Shown: in pieces, positions 48,609-58,757 of the stretch
How the letters are laid out: each line of letters starts with the position of its first letter
Numbering within the stretch: position 1 is the first letter of the stretch
IMG/VR virus record: IMGVR_UViG_3300043786_000977
Location: 99,907-163,906 of that record
From: a virus
Strand: one strand, 5' to 3'
DNA length: 64,000 nucleotides
Notes under the pieces: model-generated
Seen by the model: only the letters and a program-made list of their open reading frames with translations
What the model was told of the DNA's origin: nothing
Databases searched by the model: none
Position numbers and translations under genes: made by a program

Positions 48609-49361
48609 ATGAAAGATAAATTAGAAGAACAACCGAGTTTGAAGACGCTTACCGGGCGCACACTGATGCTCGTCGACACGCTGCAGGCGACAGTGAAGGC
48701 ACTCAACGAGTTCAGTACACGGGTGATGGCCACGCTGGTTCTCGGCGCGGAACAGGCTGATTCTGAGATCGAGGCCCTAGTTGACCTTGGTTCGATAGGT
48801 AAACTCTATACGCAACTGCTGGAGGAACTGGATACGCTGCAGCTCGAAGAGTGCTGTAAGCAGGAGGTTATTACGGCTGCGTCGCACATGTGTAAGATAC
48901 CTGATCCTGGTAGCGTAGGTACAGGTGTCGCACGGGCCTTGTTCCGTGGTAACCCGCGGAGCCGGCGATATGCTGTGGCGTTGAATCGACTCTTAGTCGC
49001 CGCACATGATCGGCAGCTACCGAATGCGGAACCAGCACCAGCAAAAGCACAGGCGCCTGCCGCTGCACCCGCGGTGCCAGCAAAAGCATCAGTGCCTGCA
49101 GCTAAACCCGCAGCGCCAGTGAGTAAGGCAGCCGGAGCAGATAAAGCTTCAACACCTAAGGCTTCTGTCTTGGCACGTCTGAAAGAAATCAAGATGGCCG
49201 GCCGCCGGACGAAGGGTGCGTTGACGCTGATTGTCACGGACCTAGAGGACAAAAAGCCCGTCACCGATAAGCAACGGAAGTATCTCACAGAGTGTGCGAG
49301 TAAGATGGTTGAACTTGCACCGTTGAAGACCGAACTTGTACGTCTTGCGCAGGCGACGTGA
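48609..49361 (+). CDS. hypothetical protein with Ala/Pro/Lys-rich repeat region
   Basis: 250 aa with a low-complexity AQAPAAAPAVPAKASVPAAKPAAPV segment. Confidence 0.5.
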   Translation: MKDKLEEQPSLKTLTGRTLMLVDTLQATVKALNEFSTRVMATLVLGAEQADSEIEALVDLGSIGKLYTQLLEELDTLQLEECCKQEVITAASHMCKIPDPGSVGTGVARALFRGNPRSRRYAVALNRLLVAAHDRQLPNAEPAPAKAQAPAAAPAVPAKASVPAAKPAAPVSKAAGADKASTPKASVLARLKEIKMAGRRTKGALTLIVTDLEDKKPVTDKQRKYLTECASKMVELAPLKTELVRLAQAT

Positions 49362-49437
49362 ACTGTGGTACCCTGACCCTCTGCCGTAGTTGGGTCAGGG
49401 TCCAACTAATACCAGTTAATCCTTCAGGAGTATTCGT

Positions 49438-51357
49438 ATGTCTACCCTTCCTTCGCTTTATTCGCAGTTTATTCATGTATCGCGGTATGCCAAATGGCAA
49501 GATTCCGTTATGCGGCGTGAAACATGGGATGAGACTGTTACTCGATATCTTGACTTCATGTGTGAAGAACAATGTTCGGGTAAGATAGATGCAACGACGA
49601 AGAGTGAATTAAGAGATGCTATCGGCTCGTTGGCTGTGATGCCTTCTATGCGGTGCATGATGACAGCAGGCAAGGCACTGGCCAGGGATAACGCGGCTGG
49701 CTTCAACTGCAGTGCTGTGGTGATTGATAATCCCGTAGCCTTCGACGAAATGATGTACCTATTGATGTGTGGCGTTGGTGTGGGTTTCAGCGTCGAGCGC
49801 CAGTTCATCAATCAGCTACCTAACGTACCAGCGCTGCGTCGTTCCAAGACCGTAATCAAGGTCGAGGATTCGCGTATTGGTTGGTCCAATGCATTCCGTG
49901 AACTGTTGAGCATGTTGTACTCCGGCCGGATCCCCGAATGGGATACGAGTGAGGTACGACCAGCCGGTGCACGTTTGAAGACCTTTGGTGGACGAGCTTC
50001 TGGCCCGGCCCCATTGGAAGACCTGTTTCGCTTCTGTATCGGCATATTCCGTGGTGCCGAGGGTCGCAAGCTGAATTCGCTGGAGTGCCATGACATATGC
50101 TGCAAGATCGGCGAAGTGATTGTCATGGGCGGTGTCCGGCGTTCGGCAGAGATCAGTCTGACGAATCCGTCTGATGATCGTATGCGTTACGCTAAGTCAG
50201 GTAATTGGTATGAGACTGCACCGTGGCGGCGCCAAGCCAACATATCGGCAGTGTATACCGAGAAGCCGGGTATGGATGTGTTTTTCCGAGAGTGGCTGGC
50301 ACTCTATGAGTCCAAGTCAGGAGAACGCGGGATCTTCAATCGTGAAGCTGCCCAGGTGCATATGGCCAAGTGCGGGCGACGGGATAACACACACGACTTC
50401 ATCGTTAATCCCTGTGGTGAGATCCTCCTGCGTTCGGGACAGATGTGTAACCTGTCCGAGGCAGTTGTACGTAAGGATGACAATGCGAAGACCTTGAAAG
50501 AGAAGGTGCGCCTTGCAACAATCCTAGGTACCCTGCAGGCTACCCTGACTAACTTCCGGTATCTCCGGCCACACTGGCAGGATAACACACGGGACGAAGC
50601 ATTACTTGGTGTGAGCCTGACAGGTGTCATGGATAACGCGCTGATGTCGGGGCAGAAGGGTAAGACGGAATTGGCAGGTACGTTGGAGGATCTGCGTAAG
50701 TCAGCAGTCCACGTCAATAAGCAGTGGGCTAAGACGCTTGGAATTAATCCAGCTACTGCCATCACAACCAATAAGCCCTCGGGTACTGTCAGTCAGTTGG
50801 TTGACTGCGCCAGTGGGTTGCACCCACGGTTCAGTGAGCATTATATCCGTACGGTACGTGGCGACATGCACGATCCTGTGACGAAGTTGATGCAGGCCTC
50901 AGGGTTTCCGCATGAACCTGATGTAACGAAACCCGATCATACTGTGGTCTTCAGTTTCCCGATAAAGGCGCCTGAGGGTTGTGAAACTGTGGCCGATGTG
51001 GATGCGATCGCCCAGTTGGAACTCTGGCGTACCTACCAGGAACACTGGTGTGAACACAAGCCGTCCATGACTGTCTATGTAAAGGAACATCAGTGGATGG
51101 AAGTCGGTGCCTGGGTCTATAAGCACTTCGATGTGATCAGCGGTGTTACATTCCTGCCTGCATCGGATCACTGCTACGCTCAAGCCCCTTATCAGGACAT
51201 ATCTGCGAAGGAGTATGAAGCACGCGTGGCTAAGATGCCCACGTCTGTGGATTGGGCGCAATTAGCCCAATACGAGAAGGACGACTCTTCCGTGAACACA
51301 CGCGAATATGCTTGCAGCGGTGATAGTTGTGAGACCGTTGATTTGACTTCGAAATGA
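49438..51357 (+). CDS. nrdJ: ribonucleotide reductase, class II (B12-dependent)-like catalytic subunit
   Basis: NPCGEI thiyl-radical Cys/Glu motif (NxCxE). 639 aa with no ATP-cone. C-terminal Cys pair. Confidence 0.6.
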   Translation: MSTLPSLYSQFIHVSRYAKWQDSVMRRETWDETVTRYLDFMCEEQCSGKIDATTKSELRDAIGSLAVMPSMRCMMTAGKALARDNAAGFNCSAVVIDNPVAFDEMMYLLMCGVGVGFSVERQFINQLPNVPALRRSKTVIKVEDSRIGWSNAFRELLSMLYSGRIPEWDTSEVRPAGARLKTFGGRASGPAPLEDLFRFCIGIFRGAEGRKLNSLECHDICCKIGEVIVMGGVRRSAEISLTNPSDDRMRYAKSGNWYETAPWRRQANISAVYTEKPGMDVFFREWLALYESKSGERGIFNREAAQVHMAKCGRRDNTHDFIVNPCGEILLRSGQMCNLSEAVVRKDDNAKTLKEKVRLATILGTLQATLTNFRYLRPHWQDNTRDEALLGVSLTGVMDNALMSGQKGKTELAGTLEDLRKSAVHVNKQWAKTLGINPATAITTNKPSGTVSQLVDCASGLHPRFSEHYIRTVRGDMHDPVTKLMQASGFPHEPDVTKPDHTVVFSFPIKAPEGCETVADVDAIAQLELWRTYQEHWCEHKPSMTVYVKEHQWMEVGAWVYKHFDVISGVTFLPASDHCYAQAPYQDISAKEYEARVAKMPTSVDWAQLAQYEKDDSSVNTREYACSGDSCETVDLTSK

Positions 51358-51366
51358 TACCCTTGA

Positions 51367-51410
51367 GGCAGAGTCAGTAATATTGGTTATTGACTCTGCC
51401 GTTCTTTATA
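51367..51410 (+). terminator. rho-independent terminator
   Basis: Perfect 10 bp stem ggcagagtca/tgactctgcc followed by gttctttata. Confidence 0.6.
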
Positions 51411-51484
51411 TCTATAGTAAGCGCCATGAATAGGAAAAAACCTAGTTGTGTCTGTGCTTACTGCGGCGAGTCATCTGATCGACG

Positions 51485-52117
51485 ATGAAGAGTGGCAAAC
51501 TTACAATGGTAGAGGCCGGGCGATTGGGGCAGGCGAAATCGCGTGTTACGCAAGCTGCGCAGAAGATAGCGCGTATTCAGGCATATGATGCGCTGGGTAA
51601 AGGTTGTTTGCATTGTGGGACTAAGATACCGTATGTACGCCGGGACACGAAGTTTTGTAACCAGTCATGCGCGGCAAGTTATAATAACCGAGGGGTAAGG
51701 CGCCATGGAAACGCGCCTGCCGTTTGTAAGCAGTGCGCTAAACCGTTGGCGAAAAGTAAGAGGGAGTACTGTTCGGCAGGTTGCCATAAAAACCACATCT
51801 GGGTACAGACCAGGTTATTGATAGAAAAGCGCGGGGACGTTGCCATAAACAAGGTGGCCAATTCCAAATCGGCGCGTCGATATTTACGTGAAACACGTGG
51901 CGCGTGTTGCGCAGTCTGTCGCACAACCGAGTGGTGCGGGCGGGAAGTACCGTTAGTACTCGACCATATTGACGGGAATGCAGATAACTGGTTGCTCGGT
52001 AACCTGCGCCTTATTTGCGGGAATTGTGATATGCAGACAGCGACTTATAAAGGGAAAAACCGTGGGCATGGGCGATTTGCGCGTCGGCAGCGGTATCACG
52101 ATGGGAAGAGTTTTTAG
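51485..52117 (+). CDS. HNH homing endonuclease
   Basis: LVLDHIDGNADNWLLGNLRLICGNCD, with N-terminal Cys clusters. Confidence 0.7.
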   Translation: MKSGKLTMVEAGRLGQAKSRVTQAAQKIARIQAYDALGKGCLHCGTKIPYVRRDTKFCNQSCAASYNNRGVRRHGNAPAVCKQCAKPLAKSKREYCSAGCHKNHIWVQTRLLIEKRGDVAINKVANSKSARRYLRETRGACCAVCRTTEWCGREVPLVLDHIDGNADNWLLGNLRLICGNCDMQTATYKGKNRGHGRFARRQRYHDGKSF

Positions 52118-52118
52118 T

Positions 52119-52194
52119 GCTCCTGTAGCTCAATTGGTAGAGCGGCTCACCTGTAATGAGCGGGTTGGGGATTCAATTTCCTCCGGGAGCTCCA
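52119..52194 (+). tRNA. tRNA-Thr (TGT)
   Basis: Acceptor gctcctg/cgggagc, anticodon stem gctca/tgagc with loop ccTGTaa, CCA. Confidence 0.7.
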
Positions 52195-52209
52195 ATACGA
52201 AAGATTAAG

Positions 52210-52512
52210 ATGACACAGGATGACGAATTCACGTTAGTCTGCGAGGCCGGTGATACGGATGGCAGACCGGCCGAGACGAAGTTGTTGAGCCGCAGTGGCA
52301 AAGTGTATAAGGTGCTGGCTGCGACTGTACCTAGTATGTTTCGTCGTCTGAGTCCGGAAGACGAACGTGAGTTCATCGCATGGGCACGGAGCCACGCAGA
52401 TCATGAGATCCGTGCGATCTACCATCCAGTTATCCAGAATGAAATGTTTTTGATACGACAGAACCGCGCCTCTTTACAAGGACAAACTCATGGGAACGAT
52501 AACGCTGAATAG
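52210..52512 (+). CDS. hypothetical protein
   Basis: ATG at 52210 downstream of the tRNA. 100 aa. Confidence 0.45.
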   Translation: MTQDDEFTLVCEAGDTDGRPAETKLLSRSGKVYKVLAATVPSMFRRLSPEDEREFIAWARSHADHEIRAIYHPVIQNEMFLIRQNRASLQGQTHGNDNAE

Positions 52513-52653
52513 CAAGGGATCACGGAACCGTGTACGCAACCGCGACCAGTACCGTAAGAATTTCGACGATATAGACTGGAAGACCAAAGCACCAGTCAGC
52601 GGTAATGATTTGACTTCTGAAGCCGAACAACGTAACATGAAAAGGAAAACTAA

Positions 52654-52938
52654 ATGAGCACGATCGCGTTGGCTGTTATCTGTGGGTTGATCGGGTACGT
52701 AGTGGCTGTGGCCACATGCCTGTGGTTAGGACAGCGGTTATACTGGTTTCGGTCACCGGTGACGCTGTGGTCCCTTAACATGACATTCACCAATGATAAT
52801 GGGCATGTGGCGGCCGGCGCCCACGGAATCGGTGGCTCGACGCATATTGTGTTCATGGACGAGCATAGTCGGACTTGCCTTGTGCCGATCGAGGAAGCCG
52901 AGAACGATCCGTTGATGTTCAAGTACATAGCAGGGTAG
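52654..52938 (+). CDS. membrane protein
   Basis: RBS AAAAGGAAAA. N-terminal TM helix. Confidence 0.5.
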   Translation: MSTIALAVICGLIGYVVAVATCLWLGQRLYWFRSPVTLWSLNMTFTNDNGHVAAGAHGIGGSTHIVFMDEHSRTCLVPIEEAENDPLMFKYIAG

Positions 52939-52945
52939 GTGACAT

Positions 52946-53404
52946 ATGAGCCAGATAGTGCGTGCACGATATCAAGTAGAGGTTTTGTGTGTAGATGCCG
53001 TGGGTGTCATGAAGAACCGTTGCATTAAAGCCACGGCTTCTGGTATCTTGACTGTGCTGGCCACTGATGCCGTATTCGTGGTAGGTACGGGGTCACTCGT
53101 GGCACAGTTGGAATTGACTGCCCTTAGAGATCCGGACGGTGCGGATATACTGAATAAGGTACCCGCTGACAAACGGAAGACAGAGAGTAGCACGTATATG
53201 ATCAAGGATCAGGTACTAACACTCGATACATCGATCATGGACGGTGCAGTAGATCTCGCTATTAGTGTTCGGCTTGGAACCAAGGGTGAGACCCTGGATG
53301 ATGGTAAGGTAACTTGTACCATCAACAAATGGCTGTGGAAACTCATGTTGAAGAGTGCGACCGCTACCTTTACAGGGACGTGCAAGGAATTTATGGGGGC
53401 ATAG
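52946..53404 (+). CDS. hypothetical protein
   Basis: 152 aa, RBS GGTAGGTGA. Confidence 0.5.
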   Translation: MSQIVRARYQVEVLCVDAVGVMKNRCIKATASGILTVLATDAVFVVGTGSLVAQLELTALRDPDGADILNKVPADKRKTESSTYMIKDQVLTLDTSIMDGAVDLAISVRLGTKGETLDDGKVTCTINKWLWKLMLKSATATFTGTCKEFMGA

Positions 53405-53470
53405 CTCAACTGGTAGAGCGCCAGCTTTGCAAGCTGGATGTTGCGAGTTCGACTCTCGCTGCTTCCACCA
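53395..53470 (+). tRNA. tRNA-Ala (TGC)
   Basis: Acceptor gggggca/tgcttcc with G3:U70, anticodon stem ccagc/gctgg with loop ttTGCaa, CCA. Confidence 0.85.
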
Positions 53471-53476
53471 ATCTCT

Positions 53477-53562
53477 TGAGGGGTATGCCAAACGGCTGAA
53501 GGCAGCGGACTGTAAATCCGTGACGTAAGATACACTGGAGGTTCAAATCCTCTCCCCTCAAC
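53477..53562 (+). tRNA. tRNA-Tyr (GTA)
   Basis: Acceptor tgagggg/cccctca, anticodon stem gcgga/tccgt with loop ctGTAaa, long variable arm, CCA. Confidence 0.8.
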
Positions 53563-53578
53563 CAATCAAAGGAACAAA

Positions 53579-53812
53579 ATGAACTCGAAATTACAAATCA
53601 CGCTATGTGTGTTGGCTTGTGGTGCCTATGTACTCATAACGGCTCTGGCCAGCGCCATGCTGATGAGTGCACGCAGTAATCGTGCGCTGCGTTCGGCTAC
53701 GCAGACGTGCAGTCTGACTATCAGTAACCTCACGGTACGCGCTGCCGAGCATGAATACGTGTTGCGCGCATTGGTTCAGTTAGAGGCCCAGCGTGAGGTA
53801 CAGAAGCAATGA
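53579..53812 (+). CDS. hypothetical protein
   Basis: 77 aa, RBS AAAGGAA. Confidence 0.45.
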   Translation: MNSKLQITLCVLACGAYVLITALASAMLMSARSNRALRSATQTCSLTISNLTVRAAEHEYVLRALVQLEAQREVQKQ

Positions 53813-54324
53813 TTAAGGCGATAGACATATATTCACGGATGGAAGTAAAGCGTCTTGTGCAGTCTGCATCTATTGTTCCTGTAACGCCGCTACCTTTTAC
53901 TTGGCATCTGATTTCGGTATACACGGAGCCCCACGCAGAAATGTTGGTACCCGAATCCGTTATTCGTTTGAAACAGCTGGGTTTAGACGAGTCGCTGTCA
54001 CTCCGGTTCAGCGATATTACAGACGTGGCCGATTATGAGCGCCGCAAGGAAGAGTATCCCAGTTATGTGAACCTGTTCGACACGACTCATGCCCAACAGG
54101 TTGTAGATTTCCTGCTGCGCATTCAAGCACGGCCCGGACCCGAAGTATTGTTCGTGCATTGCGACGCCGGCATATCGCGCTCGGGCGCAATAGGTACCTT
54201 TGCACGTCAGTTGTTCAATCTGGATATTGAAAAGTTTCTTCGACGCAACTCACAGATTCTGCCTAACGAGTATGTGCTTAAGTTGTTACATGCGGAGTTG
54301 GACTCACGAGGCGGTGCAGTATGA
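53809..54324 (+). CDS. dual-specificity / tyrosine protein phosphatase
   Basis: VLFVHCDAGISRSG, the CX5R P-loop (HCxxGxxRS). Confidence 0.75.
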   Translation: MIKAIDIYSRMEVKRLVQSASIVPVTPLPFTWHLISVYTEPHAEMLVPESVIRLKQLGLDESLSLRFSDITDVADYERRKEEYPSYVNLFDTTHAQQVVDFLLRIQARPGPEVLFVHCDAGISRSGAIGTFARQLFNLDIEKFLRRNSQILPNEYVLKLLHAELDSRGGAV

Positions 54325-54449
54325 GTAGCGGTTACGGCACCGGCCTTGAAGGTCTGGTTGTGATGGCATTCGTTGGTGTGACGCTCGGCGTGTGGAAGAT
54401 CGTTGATATCATTATCTGGATCTGTCGTCATGTGCATGTGAGTTTCTAA
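54321..54449 (+). CDS. small hydrophobic peptide (42 aa)
   Basis: ATGA overlap. MSSGYGTGLEGLVVMAFVGVTLGVWKIVDIIIWICRHVHVSF. Confidence 0.3.
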   Translation: MSSGYGTGLEGLVVMAFVGVTLGVWKIVDIIIWICRHVHVSF

Positions 54450-54453
54450 TTAC

Positions 54454-54529
54454 TCCAGGATAGCTCAGTTGGTAGAGCGCCTGACTGTTAATCAGGTGGT
54501 CGCAGGTTCGAGTCCTGCTCCTGGAGCCA
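54454..54529 (+). tRNA. tRNA-Asn (GTT)
   Basis: Acceptor tccagga/tcctgga, anticodon stem cctga/tcagg with loop ctGTTaa, CCA. Confidence 0.85.
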
Positions 54530-54537
54530 ATCAATCT

Positions 54538-54614
54538 GCATCGGTGGTCGAGTGGTTTAAGGCAGCGGTCTGCAAAACCGCTTTTCACAGGTTCGAACCC
54601 TGTCCGGTGCTCCA
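54538..54614 (+). tRNA. tRNA-Cys (GCA)
   Basis: Acceptor gcatcgg/ccggtgc, anticodon stem gcggt/accgc with loop ctGCAaa, CCA. Confidence 0.8.
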
Positions 54615-54829
54615 TTATGAGAAACGTGAAATGCCATGGTTGTAATGCACAACTGACAGTCGAGAAGCGTGCCTACCCTAGTCACTACTACTGTACAGCG
54701 CGCTGTCATGCCCCCGCATGTAAGTTACGCCAGTTCGAACAATTCGCTGGACAGCAATTACGCCGCGGATGGTGTTATAACGGTACTCGAATAGTTCGCA
54801 TAACATGATGTTGAACGACTCAATTTAAC

Positions 54830-54904
54830 GGCGGTTATTGTTTAGTGGTAGAACGACAGATTGTGGATCTGTCCGCACGAGTTCGATTCTCGTTAACCGC
54901 CCCA
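54830..54904 (+). tRNA. tRNA-His (GTG) with G-1
   Basis: Extra 5' G pairs with the C73 discriminator. Anticodon stem acaga/tctgt with loop ttGTGga, CCA. Confidence 0.85.
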
Positions 54905-54937
54905 CCTGCCTTTCCCTCTTTAATACTTCGTGATACT

Positions 54938-55906
54938 ATGTACGTACAAATAACAACCAAATGCAATTTCGCCTGCGACCATTGTATGTTCTCGTGCCGA
55001 CCCGGCAAGGGTCAACACATGACCATGGATACCGTGCGGGCAACTGCGCGGTTCATTAGGTGGCAGGGTAACGAACACTTCTTTATCGGCGGCGGTGAAC
55101 CAACCCTCCATCCCAAGTTCTGGGATGTCGTCGATATCGTTAAGGACTGCAACGCTGACTGGGCAGAAGAGAATGGCTGCCCGCCTGTTCAGTTGGTTAC
55201 GAACGGCAGCAAGACCAAGACAGTGATGCGTCTGGTAGAGATGGCTGATAAAGACGAAGCCTCCGTGCGTTTGAGTCGTGATCAGTTTCATCTCAAGTAC
55301 CCGATCGACCCGAGCGTCATCGCAGCTTTTCCGAAGCATTCGCACTTGTCTATCGGTTCGTACATCCATAACGTAGTGAACACGGGCCGAGCCCAGCGTT
55401 CCGTTTGGGCTGCAAATCCACGACCCGGTTGTGACGCCTGTGGACCTGTCGTTACACCTAACGGAAAGATCTGGCGTTGCACTTGCCGTCAGGAATGCAT
55501 CGGTGATGTGTTCCGTGGTTACGACTGCGACTCAGAGTTGATCGACTACGACAGCGCAATCGGTTGTACTATCAGGGACGGTAAACTGGTCCGTGACCCC
55601 CGTAGCAATCTCTTAAGGCACAGGCACGAAATGGAAGCAGAAGGTTGGATCTTCAATCCAAACGTGTTTGAAGGCCAACTCGAATTTGATCTTAACAGCG
55701 AACTATTCAAGGATACGCACCATGGGACGAATAACAGCACTAGGACTGCAGGATCCAATCCTGAAGTTAACGTTGACGGAACAAATACGGATGCATCTGC
55801 AGGGGAACCATTACCCGCCGGTGTCCAAGGTGTTCGTGCCGCTTTGCGTGAAGGCAATACGATTTGCGAACCGGGGAGCGGGGGAACACAAGTTGCGATT
55901 GCCTGA
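54938..55906 (+). CDS. radical SAM domain protein
   Basis: MYVQITTKCNFACDHC (CxxxCxxC) and GGGEPTLHP. Start set downstream of tRNA-His. The C-terminal 60 aa are low-complexity and overlap ORF 55668..56000, so a frameshift is possible. Confidence 0.6.
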   Translation: MYVQITTKCNFACDHCMFSCRPGKGQHMTMDTVRATARFIRWQGNEHFFIGGGEPTLHPKFWDVVDIVKDCNADWAEENGCPPVQLVTNGSKTKTVMRLVEMADKDEASVRLSRDQFHLKYPIDPSVIAAFPKHSHLSIGSYIHNVVNTGRAQRSVWAANPRPGCDACGPVVTPNGKIWRCTCRQECIGDVFRGYDCDSELIDYDSAIGCTIRDGKLVRDPRSNLLRHRHEMEAEGWIFNPNVFEGQLEFDLNSELFKDTHHGTNNSTRTAGSNPEVNVDGTNTDASAGEPLPAGVQGVRAALREGNTICEPGSGGTQVAIA

Positions 55907-55996
55907 GGGCTATAAGACGCGTGACGGCAAGCGACTTACTACAGTGAGTCATGTGATCGAGGTATATCACTTAGACTCGTGGCTGAAGGAGGCAGA

Positions 55997-56353
55997 ATGA
56001 CACACGAACAATGGATGGAACTAACGACCGAAGAACAGAGGTTCAAGGTGGCTGAATCGTTGGGGCTTGCACCTTTCTACTGCGGGGATGGAACCATGGG
56101 TAGTCGTCCACCGGATTTACTCTATCGGGCGAGCCACGACGAATTGAAGCCAGTTCCCAATTTCCTTGCTGACCTCAACGCCATGCATGCGTGTATGTTA
56201 ATGGTACGGAATAGGCGTTTGTTCGCAAATTATTACAGGCATCTGCGAGATGTGTTTGCGCAACGCCGCTTGGATTTCAGTACTTGGGACGAACATAACA
56301 CGAGTGCAGAGATCCGCGCAGAGGCCTTTGTAATGACCATGGAGGAGCAATGA
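55997..56353 (+). CDS. hypothetical protein
   Basis: GAAGGAGG 5 nt upstream of the ATG at 55997. 118 aa. Confidence 0.5.
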   Translation: MTHEQWMELTTEEQRFKVAESLGLAPFYCGDGTMGSRPPDLLYRASHDELKPVPNFLADLNAMHACMLMVRNRRLFANYYRHLRDVFAQRRLDFSTWDEHNTSAEIRAEAFVMTMEEQ

Positions 56354-56487
56354 CGAAGCGTGGAATGCAGGAAAAAGGGAAGAAGGGTCAGCTGTGCATT
56401 AAGTGTGGCAAGGAGCGCGCTTCACGTACGGGCATGGGTGGCCGGTTACTCTGCAACAAGTGTTTCACAAAAGAATGTGGACTATAA
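56350..56487 (+). CDS. small zinc-ribbon protein (45 aa)
   Basis: GGAGGAG RBS. Contains CIKCGK...CNKCF. Confidence 0.4.
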   Translation: MTKRGMQEKGKKGQLCIKCGKERASRTGMGGRLLCNKCFTKECGL

Positions 56488-56488
56488 C

Positions 56489-57265
56489 ATGATATATCCA
56501 AATGACATTGTACCTGTCGAGGTACAGCAGGAGATCGGGCCGCCGTATGACTGGTGTGTCCTGTCAGGTTACACAGGCAGTCACGCGTACGGTACCTATG
56601 TCCCGCCTGAACACGAGTTCGGTACGGATGACGTAGACATAATGGGTGTGATGATCCCGCCGGTTGAGTATTACCTGGGGTTCCGCAAGATGGATCACTG
56701 TCTCTACCAGAAGGGTAAGTGGGATATCCTGCTTTACGAGTTCAGACATTTCGTTAGTCTGTTACTCAAGGGTAATCCAAACGTCATCGGTATGCTCTGG
56801 TTACGACCTGAGGACTACCTGATCAGAAGTCCAGCGATGGATGAACTAATTGCCAATCGACATCTGTTCTGCGGGAAGCATGTCTTCGACTCATTTCGTG
56901 GTTATGCCTCAGGCCAATTATATAAGATGCAGCATGCTGTACGTGAAGGGTACATGGGCGAGAAGCGGCGTAAACTCGTTGAGCGTTTCGGGTACGACGT
57001 AAAGAATGCTGCGCATATGATTCGGCTACTGCGTATGGGCCAGGAGTTCCTCAAGACTGGCACGTTACAGGTGTATCGTACAGACGACGCACAGCAGCTG
57101 ATCGAGATCAAGACAGGGCTGTGGCCGTTGGATCGTGTGATGGACTTGGCGCATGCTGAGTTTGATTGGTTGGATGCTGCCTATGCAGCAAGCACATTAC
57201 CTGAGAAACCGCAAACAGCGGAAGTTGAAGCAAGGGTGATTAGCATACTGAAAGGTCGTATATGA
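56489..57265 (+). CDS. nucleotidyltransferase (Pol-beta superfamily, MNT-like) domain protein
   Basis: GSHAYGTY...GTDDVDIMGV, the GS...DxD motif. Confidence 0.45.
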   Translation: MIYPNDIVPVEVQQEIGPPYDWCVLSGYTGSHAYGTYVPPEHEFGTDDVDIMGVMIPPVEYYLGFRKMDHCLYQKGKWDILLYEFRHFVSLLLKGNPNVIGMLWLRPEDYLIRSPAMDELIANRHLFCGKHVFDSFRGYASGQLYKMQHAVREGYMGEKRRKLVERFGYDVKNAAHMIRLLRMGQEFLKTGTLQVYRTDDAQQLIEIKTGLWPLDRVMDLAHAEFDWLDAAYAASTLPEKPQTAEVEARVISILKGRI

Positions 57266-57660
57266 GTTCGTTGGTAAAGTTGACAACATCCAAGGGTAGG
57301 GAGATTAATCTTGATGAGATTGACGGCTTGGCGGATCGCATCGAGGAACTGACAGACATGCTGGCCGCACGTAGTGAACAGATCACAGAGTTGCGGAGTG
57401 TAATTCACGATCGTTCAACGTCTGTACCAGACCCGATCGAGTTACCGGCGGTTGCTGAGATCAAACGGGCGTTGGCCCCGGAAGTGCAGCACCAAGCTAT
57501 GTACAGGAAGGTTGCTGTCGAGAAGTACAAGAAGAGCGGTAGTTTCAGCGACGGGGATATCGACTTCGACGCTGAGCCCGAAGTTAGTGCAGCTGATGCT
57601 GATGCAGACGGCGCTTACGTCGCTGCTTGGGTGTGGGTAAGTAAAGACGAAATCGAATAG
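57262..57660 (+). CDS. hypothetical acidic protein
   Basis: 132 aa ORF. Confidence 0.5.
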   Translation: MSSLVKLTTSKGREINLDEIDGLADRIEELTDMLAARSEQITELRSVIHDRSTSVPDPIELPAVAEIKRALAPEVQHQAMYRKVAVEKYKKSGSFSDGDIDFDAEPEVSAADADADGAYVAAWVWVSKDEIE

Positions 57661-57668
57661 AGGTAAAT

Positions 57669-58757
57669 ATGGATCAAGGTCTTAGTCAGGTTGCTATACA
57701 GGGAATCATTCGCCGTAAGATAGGAGATTGGCTGGAGTCGATTGACAACATGGAGTTGCGGCTCTTCCTGTCTGATAAAATCATCGTTACGGGCGGCGCG
57801 ATCGCATCGTTGCTTCGCGGGGAGAAGGTGAACGATTACGATGTCTACTTCACAACGCGGGAAGCAGCCACACGCGTAGCCAGTTATTACTTGGCACGTT
57901 TCGCAGCGAATCCGCCAAAGAGTATGCAGCAGTCACCCGTACGTATGTACGTGGATGATAAGTCAGATCCCGACCGTGTACGTATTGTTATCCAGTCGGC
58001 CGGTGTGATATCTACCGACGGTGATGGCGGCAAGTACGAGTACTTCGAAACGACACCGCCCGCGAATGCCGCAGATTACGTTGCTGACGTGGTAGCCCCG
58101 GTCGTGGATGAAGACGAACAGCGGCTTACCAACGAACTCAGGGACTCGACTACGGATGCCGGTATACCCGACAGTGATAATCCCGAGCTCATGCGCCTCG
58201 TCGAACAGGCAGCCACTGAGGACCTGCCGCCGATGGCGACAGGTCCAGGGGCCAAGGCAAAGAACAGGTATCGGCCGATCTTCCTGTCCGGTAATGCCAT
58301 CACCTTGAGCGACGAGATTCAGCTCATCATCAGGTTCTATGGCCCCGCGGAGGAACTCCACAAGAACTTCGATTTCGTCCACTGCACGAACTACTGGCAG
58401 TCAGAGATGCGTGTCGGCGCGAAGTTCGGGGGTACCCTGGTGGTAAACACGCCAGCCCTTATGAGCCTGATGTCCAAACGTCTGGGGTATATCGGTAGCC
58501 GGTATCCGTTATGCAGTTTGATCCGGACCCGTAAGTTCGTCCGGCGCGGTTGGACGGCGCCGGCCGGTGTGTTCATCAAGGCGATGCACCAGTGCCTGGC
58601 CCTGGACTGGAATAAAATCGAAACCTGGAGAGAACAGTTGACCGGGGTGGATACCGCCTACTTTGCTGAAATCATCGAGATCCTCAAGCGGGATCAGGCA
58701 GCAGGGAAGTCCATAGACTCGGCATACGTCGTTGCCTTAATCGATAGGTTAATTTAA
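57669..58757 (+). CDS. CCA-adding enzyme / poly(A) polymerase-family nucleotidyltransferase-like protein
   Basis: KIIVTGGAIASLLRGEKVNDYDVYF resembles the head motif of class II tRNA nucleotidyltransferases (LVGGAVRDLLLG...DIDI). Confidence 0.45.
   Translation: MDQGLSQVAIQGIIRRKIGDWLESIDNMELRLFLSDKIIVTGGAIASLLRGEKVNDYDVYFTTREAATRVASYYLARFAANPPKSMQQSPVRMYVDDKSDPDRVRIVIQSAGVISTDGDGGKYEYFETTPPANAADYVADVVAPVVDEDEQRLTNELRDSTTDAGIPDSDNPELMRLVEQAATEDLPPMATGPGAKAKNRYRPIFLSGNAITLSDEIQLIIRFYGPAEELHKNFDFVHCTNYWQSEMRVGAKFGGTLVVNTPALMSLMSKRLGYIGSRYPLCSLIRTRKFVRRGWTAPAGVFIKAMHQCLALDWNKIETWREQLTGVDTAYFAEIIEILKRDQAAGKSIDSAYVVALIDRLI

Noticed and set aside
55668-56000. 110 aa ORF in an alternative frame
   Set aside because: It overlaps the 3' ~240 nt of the radical SAM gene and has no convincing start. 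It is kept only as a note of a possible frameshift.
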